From a virus: a DNA stretch of 64,000 bases. The notes beneath the pieces are model-generated. The model searched no databases. It worked only from the letters and a program-made list of their open reading frames with translations, and was not told the DNA's origin. The position numbers and the translations under genes were made by a program. The stretch is taken from positions 58,998 to 122,997 of IMG/VR virus record IMGVR_UViG_3300018080_008436. One strand, 5' to 3'. How positions within the stretch are numbered: position 1 is the stretch's first letter; each line of letters begins with the position of its first letter. Shown here piece after piece: positions 40,462 through 50,274 of this stretch.

Positions 40462-40794
40462 TTATTTCATGATGCCCACAATCTTATCCAAACAGCCCCA
40501 TGTGGTAAGAATGGGCTTAAGTCTCCAATAACATTGGATATGCAGATTGGCTCTGCTAGGTAGTTGGTGATCTCTACCAGGAGTAGTAATAAACAAGAAT
40601 GCTACTAAGACATCTAGGTTCTCTGTATGAGGATCAAGCATGGCCAACATCTCATCAATTTCTTCCCATCTCCCAGCATGCATGAGATTGTTAACTATTT
40701 TGTATATAGTGAAGGTAGCTTCATCTTCATCAGTTTCGTCAAGTTTCCTGACATAATTCAACCACTCTTCTTTCTTTGTCGGATCATACTTCAT
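40462..40794 (-). CDS. hypothetical protein
   Basis: 110-aa ORF. Confidence 0.35.
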   Translation of the reverse strand: MKYDPTKKEEWLNYVRKLDETDEDEATFTIYKIVNNLMHAGRWEEIDEMLAMLDPHTENLDVLVAFLFITTPGRDHQLPSRANLHIQCYWRLKPILTTWGCLDKIVGIMK

Positions 40795-41143
40795 CTAATT
40801 CTTCCAGTACGTCATCGAAAGTCCCTATTGACTTTCTTAGTTCTTCTCTGGACTTACCCTCATCTTTAAGAGTACCAGCACTTCTCATCTTCTCAATAGC
40901 ATCATCTATTTGTTGGTCAACCATTTCTTCATAAAACTCACGATCATATTCAAGTTGATCAACAAAGAATTCCCCATTGCAGATTGAGTATGGAACGAGA
41001 ATGAACCAGAATATTGAGAACATAAAGATGTGAAGAAATCTGGGGATTAACTCAACCCTTAGAACCGAATGGTACAGTCTGAACGACAGATAGGAGAAGC
41101 AAAGTATGAATCCTATGAAATAGAATATTATGAAAGCAACCAT
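40784..41143 (-). CDS. hypothetical membrane protein
   Basis: Two transmembrane helices. Confidence 0.35.
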   Translation of the reverse strand: MVAFIIFYFIGFILCFSYLSFRLYHSVLRVELIPRFLHIFMFSIFWFILVPYSICNGEFFVDQLEYDREFYEEMVDQQIDDAIEKMRSAGTLKDEGKSREELRKSIGTFDDVLEELDEV

Positions 41144-41478
41144 TTTCTAGAATTCACAACCTCTTCTTTCATATGTTGAAACACTGACTCAATATCTGAG
41201 GAAACAAACACCTTAACAGTTTCGAATAGGTTGGAACCGAAGTAAACAGTTAAAGGAGACTCTAGGACAGATAGAACATAACGTTCATCTGAGTCACCTT
41301 CATCAACTAAGATGGCAAACCTTGGTATTGGGATACCATGTTGATTCTCCATTACGGTTAAATCAACCATATCACCATCGTCATCTACCGTAAAGGTGAA
41401 TTTTGTTTCTAACTCTTCTGAAAGCAGATGGAGTTCCTCTGTAATCATCCTTCCCCTAACCCCAGTTATTGTGCCCAA
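41128..41478 (-). CDS. hypothetical protein
   Basis: 116-aa ORF. Confidence 0.35.
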   Translation of the reverse strand: MGTITGVRGRMITEELHLLSEELETKFTFTVDDDGDMVDLTVMENQHGIPIPRFAILVDEGDSDERYVLSVLESPLTVYFGSNLFETVKVFVSSDIESVFQHMKEEVVNSRKWLLS

Positions 41479-42403
41479 GTTCTTCCTTAAAGTATTTGAT
41501 CGTATGCTTCAAACCCTCTTCTAAAGGAACCTCAGGACCCCAATCCAATTTCTTTTTTGCCAAATCAATCACAGGTTTCCTTCTAGTTGGGTCATCCTTA
41601 GGAAGTTCCTTAAACACAATCTTAGAATCTGATCCTGTCAACTCTATGATCTTCTCAGCTAATTCAAGAATGGAGTTTTCTGTAGGATTTCCTAGATTGA
41701 CTGGCCCTGTAAAGTCCTGACTGTTCATCATCTTTATCATACCATCAATTAAATCACTTACATAACAGAAACTTCTTGTTTGAGATCCGTACCCATATAT
41801 TGTTATGTCTTCACCTTTCAAAGCTTGAACAATGAAGTTTGAAACAACCCTCCCATCCCCAGGACACATTCTAGGTCCATAAGTGTTGAAGATTCTGATC
41901 ACTTTAATATCTGAGTTGTATTGTCTGTAATAGTCAAAGAAAAGGGTTTCGGCACATCTCTTCCCAATGTCATAACAGCTTCTAGGCCCTATTGGGTTAA
42001 CACAACCCTTGTAAGACTCTGGTTGGGGATGTACTTCAGGATCACCATATACCTCAGAAGTTGATGCCTGAAGTATGGGGATCTTGAGTCTCTTGGCGAT
42101 CCCTAGCATATTGATGGCACCCATCACTGATGTCTTAGTTGTTTGAACTGGATCAAACTGATAGTGAATAGGAGATGCTGGACAGGCCAAGTTGTAAATC
42201 TGATCAACTTCTACATAAAGAGGGAATGTGATGTCATGTCTGATGACCTCGAAGTTTCTCATGTATTGAAAAGGGTAGATGTTTTTCTTCCTACCAGTGT
42301 AGAAATTATCAACACAAATTACTTCGTTGCCTTCTTGCAACAGTCTCTCGCAAAGATGGGAACCCAGGAACCCTGCTCCCCCTGTAACCAAAATTCTTTT
42401 CAT
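41456..42403 (-). CDS. UDP-glucuronate decarboxylase (UDP-xylose synthase)
   Basis: [34 protein letters not shown]...[11 protein letters not shown]...[19 protein letters not shown] is a near-consensus UXS/ArnA-decarboxylase signature. Confidence 0.85.
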   Translation of the reverse strand: MKRILVTGGAGFLGSHLCERLLQEGNEVICVDNFYTGRKKNIYPFQYMRNFEVIRHDITFPLYVEVDQIYNLACPASPIHYQFDPVQTTKTSVMGAINMLGIAKRLKIPILQASTSEVYGDPEVHPQPESYKGCVNPIGPRSCYDIGKRCAETLFFDYYRQYNSDIKVIRIFNTYGPRMCPGDGRVVSNFIVQALKGEDITIYGYGSQTRSFCYVSDLIDGMIKMMNSQDFTGPVNLGNPTENSILELAEKIIELTGSDSKIVFKELPKDDPTRRKPVIDLAKKKLDWGPEVPLEEGLKHTIKYFKEELGHNNWG

Positions 42404-42445
42404 TGAATTACCCTTAAATATAGATCTTCCCCACCATTATACAAT

Positions 42446-42811
42446 CTATCGTGAGAACCTTTTGATGTAAGGATCAAATTGTTCCCAAGGAATCTCATTG
42501 TGACAATTGAATTCTCCGAAGAAACTTTCTTCTGTTTTCCGATCCCTGTAGAAGCACTCCCATACTTCTCCAATCAATTCAAACTCCATGTAGTTCTGAC
42601 TGTCGTCCAGAGCAAGCATAAACTCATTCTGAACGCCAGAAGGAGCCGCATCCATGTTCAGGTTCGGATAACGCTCATGAAAGGCTTCCCAGAAGCTTAA
42701 AACGATAAGAGAAGCGTCAACCGACAACAACTGCCGATTGACGCAATCCTCAACGTACTCTTCCATGGACTTATGACTTCTTGGTGAATCGTCCATTCTT
42801 TCCTCGTACAT
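42446..42811 (-). CDS. hypothetical protein
   Basis: 121-aa ORF. Confidence 0.35.
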   Translation of the reverse strand: MYEERMDDSPRSHKSMEEYVEDCVNRQLLSVDASLIVLSFWEAFHERYPNLNMDAAPSGVQNEFMLALDDSQNYMEFELIGEVWECFYRDRKTEESFFGEFNCHNEIPWEQFDPYIKRFSR

Positions 42812-43823
42812 TGTGATATTTCTTCCCGCTAGGCTTGTAGCCGAACGACTGAGTGGTTGGGGGAGTCGAAGTCCGTTTGATGAAACGGCCTTTCACATCT
42901 CTTGCAGGAGTTGGCTTGACAGAATCACCAACTGGTGCAACAAATGCATCGTCATTAGCCTGATCATCTGTCTCGGCAACCGTTTCAGCAACCGTTTCAG
43001 CTTCCTTGGCCTTCTCAGCCTTGACATGAACCATTTGTTTATGAACATCCTGGTTGGTGTCAATGTATGACTCTTCGAACGCTTCCTCTTGTTCGCGATT
43101 TGAAGAATCATATTCTGCAATAACCTCATAGCAACAGGCGCGTCCTTTGGTGTTGTTGTAATCGCGAGGAATCGCAACAACATCGCGAGGGTTGATCTTA
43201 ACAATAACAACTCGACTATTGTGCAAACAACCATATTTTGGGAGATAGGTGAGAGAACAGAAATGCAAACCCTTTGAACAGGTCCGATCCCGATCATCAT
43301 CGACCTCATCCCGATCCATATGAACAATTGCGCCAATAGAATGATCCAAGTGAGTCCCGTCAGGAGAAGCATGAATTGACTTCAAATCCATGTTGACCTT
43401 TTTATAGGCCAAGAAACACCCATCGTCTGTGACTGGATTGTTCCCCGTCTCCAAAAAGAGGTAGAGTTCGTCTTTGGCGCTTTGAAGTGGGTTCTTCAGA
43501 ACATTTTCCAGGAAGGCAATGAGTGGCTCAAAAGGATAGCCCTTTTCGCTAAACTTAAGGATGCGGTCAACAAGAACATTGTGAATCTCTTCGCCGTTGT
43601 AGAAGATAGCTCCGTTTTGAAAAACAACTTTCCCATCAGAGCATTTGTTGATTGCTAGGGGGACATTCAGAAATTCTTCGAGTCTATCGTAGTCCTTCCG
43701 GTTCAGCTTTTCCCGAATGGTCTCGTAGTTACGATGGTCAGTGGTTACATTGTAGGGGGTGCCGTTGACGTAAACGGTAACGTCCCCAGAGTTGTGATCA
43801 ATGATGTGGGCTACATGGCTCAT
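42771..43823 (-). CDS. rIIB: rIIB-like protein
   Basis: Collinear with T4 rIIB: VLVDRILKFSEKGYPFEPLIAFLENVLKNP against T4 LVDRILDSMEKGENFEFYFPFLENLLENP. Further matches include DDGCFLAYKKV, CSKGLHFCS, and VKINPRDVVAIPRDYNNTKGRACCYEV against T4 VKVHPRDVVSIPIDYNDAKMRTCQYEV. Confidence 0.85.
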   Translation of the reverse strand: MSHVAHIIDHNSGDVTVYVNGTPYNVTTDHRNYETIREKLNRKDYDRLEEFLNVPLAINKCSDGKVVFQNGAIFYNGEEIHNVLVDRILKFSEKGYPFEPLIAFLENVLKNPLQSAKDELYLFLETGNNPVTDDGCFLAYKKVNMDLKSIHASPDGTHLDHSIGAIVHMDRDEVDDDRDRTCSKGLHFCSLTYLPKYGCLHNSRVVIVKINPRDVVAIPRDYNNTKGRACCYEVIAEYDSSNREQEEAFEESYIDTNQDVHKQMVHVKAEKAKEAETVAETVAETDDQANDDAFVAPVGDSVKPTPARDVKGRFIKRTSTPPTTQSFGYKPSGKKYHNVRGKNGRFTKKS

Positions 43824-43832
43824 GATGTCCTC

Positions 43833-46034
43833 CTATTTGTAGAGCTTGTACTGGACCATTGCATTAATATAGTCCAAGAGATTGTTAATTCCAATGGGAC
43901 CGCCATAAAATTTATCAAAATCAAGGAAAAAAGGATATCGTTGTCCAAATTCATCCAACAACTCTTGATTTTTGGCTGAATATTGACGAATGGCTTTGAC
44001 CTCATCAGTCGTCAAGGTAGAATATCCTTCAGAAATATGATCCCATACCAAACGAGTGATCTTCTTGATCCCTTTGGACGTACAACGCTTCTGCTTGTCG
44101 TACCGTTTCGCCAGTTCCTTCAGGACTGGACATTTGCATTGCTTCATCCAAGTGCTTTTTCCGATCAGACCATCTTCATGACGAGTCTCAGGATATCGAT
44201 TGATTGATCGAAAAAGTTTCACAGTCTTACCATAGTCAACATCTTCGCTATTGATAAAAGTCTGCAACTCATCATGTACATTGGGCAACAGTGCATATTG
44301 ACGAATGATCTCTTGAACGAAATCAAACCAATTGATCCAGTCATCTCGTTTCTCAAGTGACTTGACTTTGGCGACTTTAACCCCATAAACAGTATGAAGC
44401 ATGTTGGGACAAATCAACTTATACATAGCGTTGAGTTTGTGCAAGAACTCATGCGGGGACTGGGTTTCGTTATTGTGGACAGTCTTCCAACGAGAGATTG
44501 GGACATAGAACCCACCTTCGTTTATATCGAAGTTATCTTCGTCTTTAACATTTGACCAGTAGGAAGAGTTATCAATTGGACAGTTGTCATCCCAGGACAT
44601 CTTGACAAAGTTTCCAAAAGCAGACACTTCTCGTTTTGCCCGAATGGCTTTGGGTGGTTCGATCTCGCTAAGCATGCGGATTTTTATGTCCTCGCCCATA
44701 CCCATCTCTTTACGAATTTGTTCGATGATCTTTTTGTTCGATGACTTGAACAGGTAGACATCTGAGACATGTCCATTTTCTTCGAGGAACTTCTTCACCC
44801 GAAGCATGTGGCGGCTAGTGCAATCGTTCAAAAAGAACGCGCTACGCTTACCAACCTTTATTCGAGCGCAAGGTTCGGACTTTACCACAGTCTCGTTAGA
44901 GTACCGACGACGATAGCTACTATGATAGAATACCCGAGTCAGAGTGCAATTCTCATCAATTTCATGGTAGTCTTTCATATTAACGCCAATCATCTTAGCG
45001 ACAATACGATCCTTGTATTTCACTTTAACATGGTTGAACAGAAGTTCAACGATCTTGTTTCGCTCCTTTTCTTCCCAGAACCACAATGACGCATCCCAGT
45101 AGTTATTGTGCTTCTCAACTTCTTTTTGTACGCGCTCTTTTTCAAAAGCGATGATACCCTGAACTCGTTCCCGAATCGCATTAGTGGTCTTCTCATCATA
45201 CGAGAGGGATTCGCGAGACGGGGTGATTTCCAGGTCTCCGATATCATAGAAGATATCCAAAGGGAAGGAGCGAAGAATCGACCGTTCATCTGCTGAAAAA
45301 TCCACCTTGTCCAAGCTAACAGGGTATGCGACATTTCCCATGACAGCAACCGCATTTCCATTTCGATTGGCCGAAAGACCCCAAACGCCATTTTGAGTGA
45401 TATACTCGCGTTTCCGAATGGAAGGTACGTTCCCAACGAAGTTTGGCCGATGTTCGAAATAAAAGAAGATGCTTTCGGCCTTATACTTGAATTCATGGAT
45501 ATCATTTTTCTTGACAGAGAACTGAACCTTCAGACCATTCTTCTCATCTGTATCCGACTCACTAATCAATGCGATAGTCGGAGTGCCTGCTTCATTCAGA
45601 AGAGCAGAGTATACATACTGTTTCCCCTGAAGAAAGCTAGTGATTGTAAACATGTCTACATAGGAGAAGGGGGACTTGGAACCAAGACCCAGGCAACCAA
45701 CTTCGTCATTAGTATCGGTCTTGGTTGATTCGAAGTAAGTGGTGTAAATCTCTTCGATGTCTGCCTTACTAAGGCCAGTACCATAGTCCCGAATATAGAA
45801 AAGAGGGTGGAAAGGAGTGGGGAGATGAACGTCGAAAGGGATGTCGAGGGTTCCTGCTTCAACATGAGCATCGTAAGCATTACAGCTAAGTTCTCGGATG
45901 ATGGCCCGAATTTTGTCAGAGTACAAGCCGTCAGAGAGGATTCTAAAGGCTTTCGCATTTGCTTTGATCTTGAATTCTTGTTCTTTAAAGTTCCCAGATC
46001 GTTCCAGCTTGCGATTTTTCTCGATGGTCTTCAT
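43833..46034 (-). CDS. rIIA: rIIA-like protein (GHKL/HSP90-type ATPase domain)
   Basis: [31 protein letters not shown]...[11 protein letters not shown]...[21 protein letters not shown] is collinear with T4 rIIA ([30 protein letters not shown]...[21 protein letters not shown]), and the length (733 aa) matches. Confidence 0.85.
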   Translation of the reverse strand: [733 protein letters not shown]

Positions 46035-46039
46035 ACTGT

Positions 46040-46100
46040 CTTTTCCTTTTTGGTTTCTGCGGAGTTCCTTGCTTCAACTAACCTCAACGTAGCTCCGCAA
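46040..46100. terminator. long hairpin GCGGAGTTCC...GTAGCTCCGC
   Basis: Inverted repeat between rIIA (start 46034) and the gene ending at 46133; it is flanked by A/T runs. Confidence 0.35.
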
Positions 46101-46132
46101 AACCAAAAGTCAAGGCGGTTTTCGAAAAAAAG

Positions 46133-46585
46133 TTAGTTTTTCTCAACCGCCTCAGAAATCTCGAACATTGTTTTCATAGAACTTCTCACCATCTTCCCCA
46201 TATCGGTGAGTTCAATGTCCGTATTATGCTCATGGAATTCAGTAACCCGACCGACTCCTTTGAACTCCAGAATGCCATCTCTTCTCATTTTCTCACAATG
46301 AGCGAACGTTGCCAAACCCAGTAGGCAACTATTCTTGACCTTCTCACTCAACTGTTCGCTATCGACATTGCATTCCTTTTCTCCAACCAGATAACATAAT
46401 GTCAAATAGTCAAAGCATTCAAAGGGAGGTCTCTTTTCTTCTTCCTGGGAGAAGAACAATTCACTTGATTCAATGATTTGTGCGAGGATATCGTCCCCGA
46501 CCTTATGAAGCCATTTAAGAGTGTTGAAGTCTTCAGTTGACCGTTCATTACATACGAAGTATTGTGATAATGGTACTGTATTCAT
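46133..46585 (-). CDS. hypothetical protein
   Basis: 150-aa ORF. Confidence 0.35.
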   Translation of the reverse strand: MNTVPLSQYFVCNERSTEDFNTLKWLHKVGDDILAQIIESSELFFSQEEEKRPPFECFDYLTLCYLVGEKECNVDSEQLSEKVKNSCLLGLATFAHCEKMRRDGILEFKGVGRVTEFHEHNTDIELTDMGKMVRSSMKTMFEISEAVEKN

Positions 46586-46622
46586 TTTGCATCTTCCTTT
46601 CCCCCCAAAGCATTGGGTTTAG

Positions 46623-47375
46623 TTACTCAGCAACGACGAGAATGACGCTGTGACCCAGGTTTGCCGAACATTCCTTGACAGCATACTGGGAGCTAATTCC
46701 AATTCTTTTCAGGAATCGTTTGGAGATGCGAATACGGCCATCAACATCCACCTTGTATGATTTGATGGAATTGATTGGGTTGGTGGAAATCGACAGCGCA
46801 TTGACGTTCTTCCCATCCTTTCTTGCTACCGACTGGCTGATATGAGCATGGGGAGGGAAATGCTTGAGCATTTTAACTGGAATGTTAAGTCTACCCTCTT
46901 TGGTAACAGAGAACGTCTTGAAGCCGTCAGAGAGGCTTTGAACGCGATTTGCGACTGTCTGAGAGTTTACTCTCTGAACCTGGACATTCTGACTCTGAAC
47001 TGTCTGAGTGGTTGAGTCATCGTCATCATCGTCATCGAGTGGACTCCCATCAATTGGGCTGATGACAGTTTGAGTCTGAGTAGGAAGATAGGAATCTACC
47101 CAATCCTTATCATACTCAGTATCGGGGTCCTGGTGGTTCAGATGGTAGATGAACGGAGCGATGCGTCTACCGATGTTAACCTGGGTACGTTCATAGATAC
47201 CCATTTCATCGTTTTCATACATCTCATGAACTTTGTTCTTGACTTCATTATGAGAAACATTCTCACCGTCAAGACGGTGGCGCATGATGCGGGTCACATC
47301 ATAGGCAGAGAAGAGTTTGCGATTTCGGGTGAGTTCGTTGACAACTTTTTCAGTTTCTGATTGGATGTTAACCAT
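46623..47375 (-). CDS. hypothetical protein with poly-Asp tract
   Basis: 250-aa ORF containing DDDDDDDS. Confidence 0.35.
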   Translation of the reverse strand: MVNIQSETEKVVNELTRNRKLFSAYDVTRIMRHRLDGENVSHNEVKNKVHEMYENDEMGIYERTQVNIGRRIAPFIYHLNHQDPDTEYDKDWVDSYLPTQTQTVISPIDGSPLDDDDDDDSTTQTVQSQNVQVQRVNSQTVANRVQSLSDGFKTFSVTKEGRLNIPVKMLKHFPPHAHISQSVARKDGKNVNALSISTNPINSIKSYKVDVDGRIRISKRFLKRIGISSQYAVKECSANLGHSVILVVAE

Positions 47376-47482
47376 TTTTAGTACTCCTGTTTTTTAGTAT
47401 TTTCAGTTACTGGTTCTACTGTAGCTCAACTAAGTAGAATGTCAAATCGGTTTAACCGATTTTCTTATACTATTATACAAAT

Positions 47483-47722
47483 TTACTGCATGATCATAAT
47501 AATACTTAATGCAATAACCATAAACACAATCATGCCAATTTGAGCAGTAAGGAACAGGATATAGCCGTCTTGTCTGGAAGCTTCTCTATACCACTGAGGA
47601 TTTCTCATTTTTGTAAGCCACATGATTGGAAAACCAAAAACAACAAGTGTGGAAAGTAGAATCCCCAAAATAAGTTTTAGAGCGAAGGCCGTGAAACCAA
47701 AGATAAAACTTATTACTCTCAT
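47483..47722 (-). CDS. small membrane protein
   Basis: Two transmembrane helices. Confidence 0.35.
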   Translation of the reverse strand: MRVISFIFGFTAFALKLILGILLSTLVVFGFPIMWLTKMRNPQWYREASRQDGYILFLTAQIGMIVFMVIALSIIMIMQ

Positions 47723-48450
47723 TTTTTACCACAGCATTTTTTATAATTTACGGGCTTCCCGTTGACTTCCTTACCGCATGGACAAGGCTCATTTCTCCCA
47801 ATCTTCTCTGATCGTACAGTCAGATGGTCTGGAGCGACAAGCTCTTCTTGAACACCATCAAGGTGATCTTGTTCATGTTGCCAAACCTGAGCTTCCCATC
47901 CTGAGAGTTCTGCGGTTTTCTTTTCTCCTTCCTGGGTCCAGTATTCGACATCGATTCTGAGATATCGGTCAGCAATAACCTTTTTATTTGGCCATGTCAA
48001 ACACCCTTCAACTCTACTTTGAGGATCACCATGTTTGGCAACAATCCTGGGGTTGATGAAAACCTTCCATTCCCCATCACCTTCACCTTCCGCCTTGGAA
48101 CAGAACATCCGATACATGAATCTATCGCCATTGATGTCCTCTAACTGATTGGCGGCGAGTCCCACTGCATTTCCAGTTTTTCTGGAACGTTTGAGAAACT
48201 CGTTAATTATTGCTTGATTATCTTTGATCCACTGATCGATGTCCTCAATCTCTGGGACTTTGGGAGTCTGTTCATTTGTGGCAATCTTCAACATAATTGG
48301 TTTCCTTTCAAAAACTGATTCAAATTCACTGATGGCCTTTTGTGCTTTAGCCATCTCACTAAGATGCCTAAGTTTTATCCTGTCAATATCAAAATATGAC
48401 TTGGGCATAAGATGTACATTCTCAAGATCCTTGTAATCTTTATGACCCAT
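47719..48450 (-). CDS. def: peptide deformylase with C-terminal SEC-C zinc-binding motif
   Basis: All three PDF motifs are present: GNAVGLAANQ (GxGLAAxQ), EGCLTWP (EGCLS), and QHEQDHLDG (QHExDHL). The C-terminus PCPCGKEVNGKPVNYKKCCGKK is a SEC-C motif. Confidence 0.85.
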   Translation of the reverse strand: MGHKDYKDLENVHLMPKSYFDIDRIKLRHLSEMAKAQKAISEFESVFERKPIMLKIATNEQTPKVPEIEDIDQWIKDNQAIINEFLKRSRKTGNAVGLAANQLEDINGDRFMYRMFCSKAEGEGDGEWKVFINPRIVAKHGDPQSRVEGCLTWPNKKVIADRYLRIDVEYWTQEGEKKTAELSGWEAQVWQHEQDHLDGVQEELVAPDHLTVRSEKIGRNEPCPCGKEVNGKPVNYKKCCGKK

Positions 48451-48790
48451 GGTTCCTAATCCTTATCACCTTGTCTTGATGCAATCGGTGGAACTCTCTG
48501 TTAGCCTTCCTTCTCAGTGGTCTCTTAAAGAAATCTGTCCATTTCCTCCAAGATGTCCACTGAATATGAACCAGAGGCTGGTGATGATCCTCACAAACGG
48601 TAATTCCGTTCTTCAGTTCGAAAGCTTTCTCTGGGTAAATTGACTTGGGATATATGTGATGAGCATGAGCCGTTTTTTTGCATCGTTTACCGCAGACATG
48701 ACAAGTGAAATCATCCCTCAGTCTGACCAATGTTGACCAACGTCTCAAATGATACTCATTCAGCACTACTCTTCCTCGTTTCTTTCCCAA
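48440..48790 (-). CDS. HNH endonuclease
   Basis: CHVCGKRCKKTAHAHHIYPKSIYPEKAFELKNGITVCEDHH is an HNH motif. Confidence 0.7.
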   Translation of the reverse strand: MGKKRGRVVLNEYHLRRWSTLVRLRDDFTCHVCGKRCKKTAHAHHIYPKSIYPEKAFELKNGITVCEDHHQPLVHIQWTSWRKWTDFFKRPLRRKANREFHRLHQDKVIRIRNHGS

Positions 48791-49050
48791 TAGTCAAACG
48801 GATTGTACCCACTGGAGAGTTCATTCTCTTCGAACAAACCAAGAACGGTAGGTTCCTCTGTAACAAGAGTAATGTCCCCTTGTCTCATGTTGTCATAGAC
48901 TTCTGAGTGTTTCCCCAGAACCTCACCGAAATAAACACGCTTGCCGATGATTTCCTTAACTTCCTTTCTGGTAGCGACAAAGACTCCTTCCAGGTCCCCT
49001 TGTCTACCACAGTTCCAGTAAAATTTGTAAATACCTTTTGTGTCTTCCAT
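48766..49050 (-). CDS. hypothetical protein
   Basis: 94-aa ORF. Confidence 0.3.
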   Translation of the reverse strand: MEDTKGIYKFYWNCGRQGDLEGVFVATRKEVKEIIGKRVYFGEVLGKHSEVYDNMRQGDITLVTEEPTVLGLFEENELSSGYNPFDYWERNEEE

Positions 49051-49062
49051 TTTCTTTACCTA

Positions 49063-49845
49063 TTAAATGTCATCAATCGTTGGGGGCGCTTGATGTTTGT
49101 GTTTATTTGCATAATGCATCTTTCTGACAAATGCACCAACAACAGACTTTTCCCATTCGCCTGTTTCTTTGAATCTTCTGATAACAGGTTCCATCTCATC
49201 GTAAGTGTAACCCAATTCTTTTTCGTCAGTCTGCCCATCCCAAAGTCCAGCAGACGGGACTCTGTCAATATGACGTTCTTCAATGTCGCCTCTCTCAACA
49301 AACCATTCAAGCATACCATACACTTCAGATTTGAAAAGATGACCGATGGGGAAGAAGTCTGCGAGAGCATCCCCACCCTTGGTATCATAACCGATAAAAT
49401 CCTCCGAAAGGTTCCCCGTACCCATGACTCGAACTCTTTGGTTGCTGTAATCCCTGGCGAACTTTTCTGACAGAGTACAACAATAAGTGTAAAGAGCGAC
49501 CATTCGCATACGACTTCTCATATTGCCAGAGTTCAATTCTGAAATTTTGAGATGTCCAAATTCATCTTCAAGAGAATCACAAGTTTCCCTGATGAAAATC
49601 ATTTCGCCCTTTACTCCAAGATTACTAGCGATATCCAATGACCTTGCATTGAACTTGCTTCCACTCAAATCTCGGTTGTCATAAGGCATATGCAAAACGT
49701 AAACATTCTCTGCCCCAAGAGCTTCTTTGCACAGAAGCGTTACCAGAAGAGAGTCAACTCCCCCACTTAAACCAATTACGGCCTTATCAGTGAATTTCGC
49801 AATTGCATCTGTAATTCTTTCAATTTCTCCTGGGATTGATTCCAT
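49063..49845 (-). CDS. nadE: NH3-dependent NAD+ synthetase
   Basis: PP-loop GLSGGVDS, and GNLSEDFIGYDTKGGDALADFFPIGHLFKSEVYGM matching the NadE GYFTKYGDGxxDxxPLxxLxKxxV block. Confidence 0.8.
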   Translation of the reverse strand: MESIPGEIERITDAIAKFTDKAVIGLSGGVDSLLVTLLCKEALGAENVYVLHMPYDNRDLSGSKFNARSLDIASNLGVKGEMIFIRETCDSLEDEFGHLKISELNSGNMRSRMRMVALYTYCCTLSEKFARDYSNQRVRVMGTGNLSEDFIGYDTKGGDALADFFPIGHLFKSEVYGMLEWFVERGDIEERHIDRVPSAGLWDGQTDEKELGYTYDEMEPVIRRFKETGEWEKSVVGAFVRKMHYANKHKHQAPPTIDDI

Positions 49846-49857
49846 TCTTCCACCTCT

Positions 49858-50274
49858 TTATATGTTTACTATTGTACTTACAGTGTCTTCTTGATTCTCA
49901 TAAGGGAAATGAATCCAAAAGTCATACTTGTTTTCAAATCCAAAATAGGTTGGCTGGATAGTTGAAGTTTTGTTAAGGACTATCACCGCTACATCAAGAT
50001 TTTTGTAGTCGATATGTTTGAACAGTCTCTCCAAAGTTCCCCCGCTATCAAGGATATCATCACAAATCAGAGTATTGAAAGAGATATCGGATTCACTTAC
50101 AATAAGAGGGATATCCAAAGCATGAGAAAGCATAACAGCAGGGATAAGACCGCCTCTGGGAACTCCATATATGTTTTCATACATATCATCACCCTTTCTT
50201 TCCTTGATCTCTTGGGCGATTTTATCAACATTGTGAGCGAAGTACTTCCAACTTATGTCTCTAATCTGCTTCAT
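49858..50274 (-). CDS. type I phosphoribosyltransferase (xanthine-guanine PRT-like)
   Basis: YGVPRGGLIPAVMLSHALDIP, ICDDILDSGGTL (PRPP-binding loop), and DFWIHFPYE resemble the Gpt motifs AVSRGGLVPGALLARELGI, VIDDLVDTGGT, and DTWIEQPWD. Confidence 0.6.
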   Translation of the reverse strand: MKQIRDISWKYFAHNVDKIAQEIKERKGDDMYENIYGVPRGGLIPAVMLSHALDIPLIVSESDISFNTLICDDILDSGGTLERLFKHIDYKNLDVAVIVLNKTSTIQPTYFGFENKYDFWIHFPYENQEDTVSTIVNI

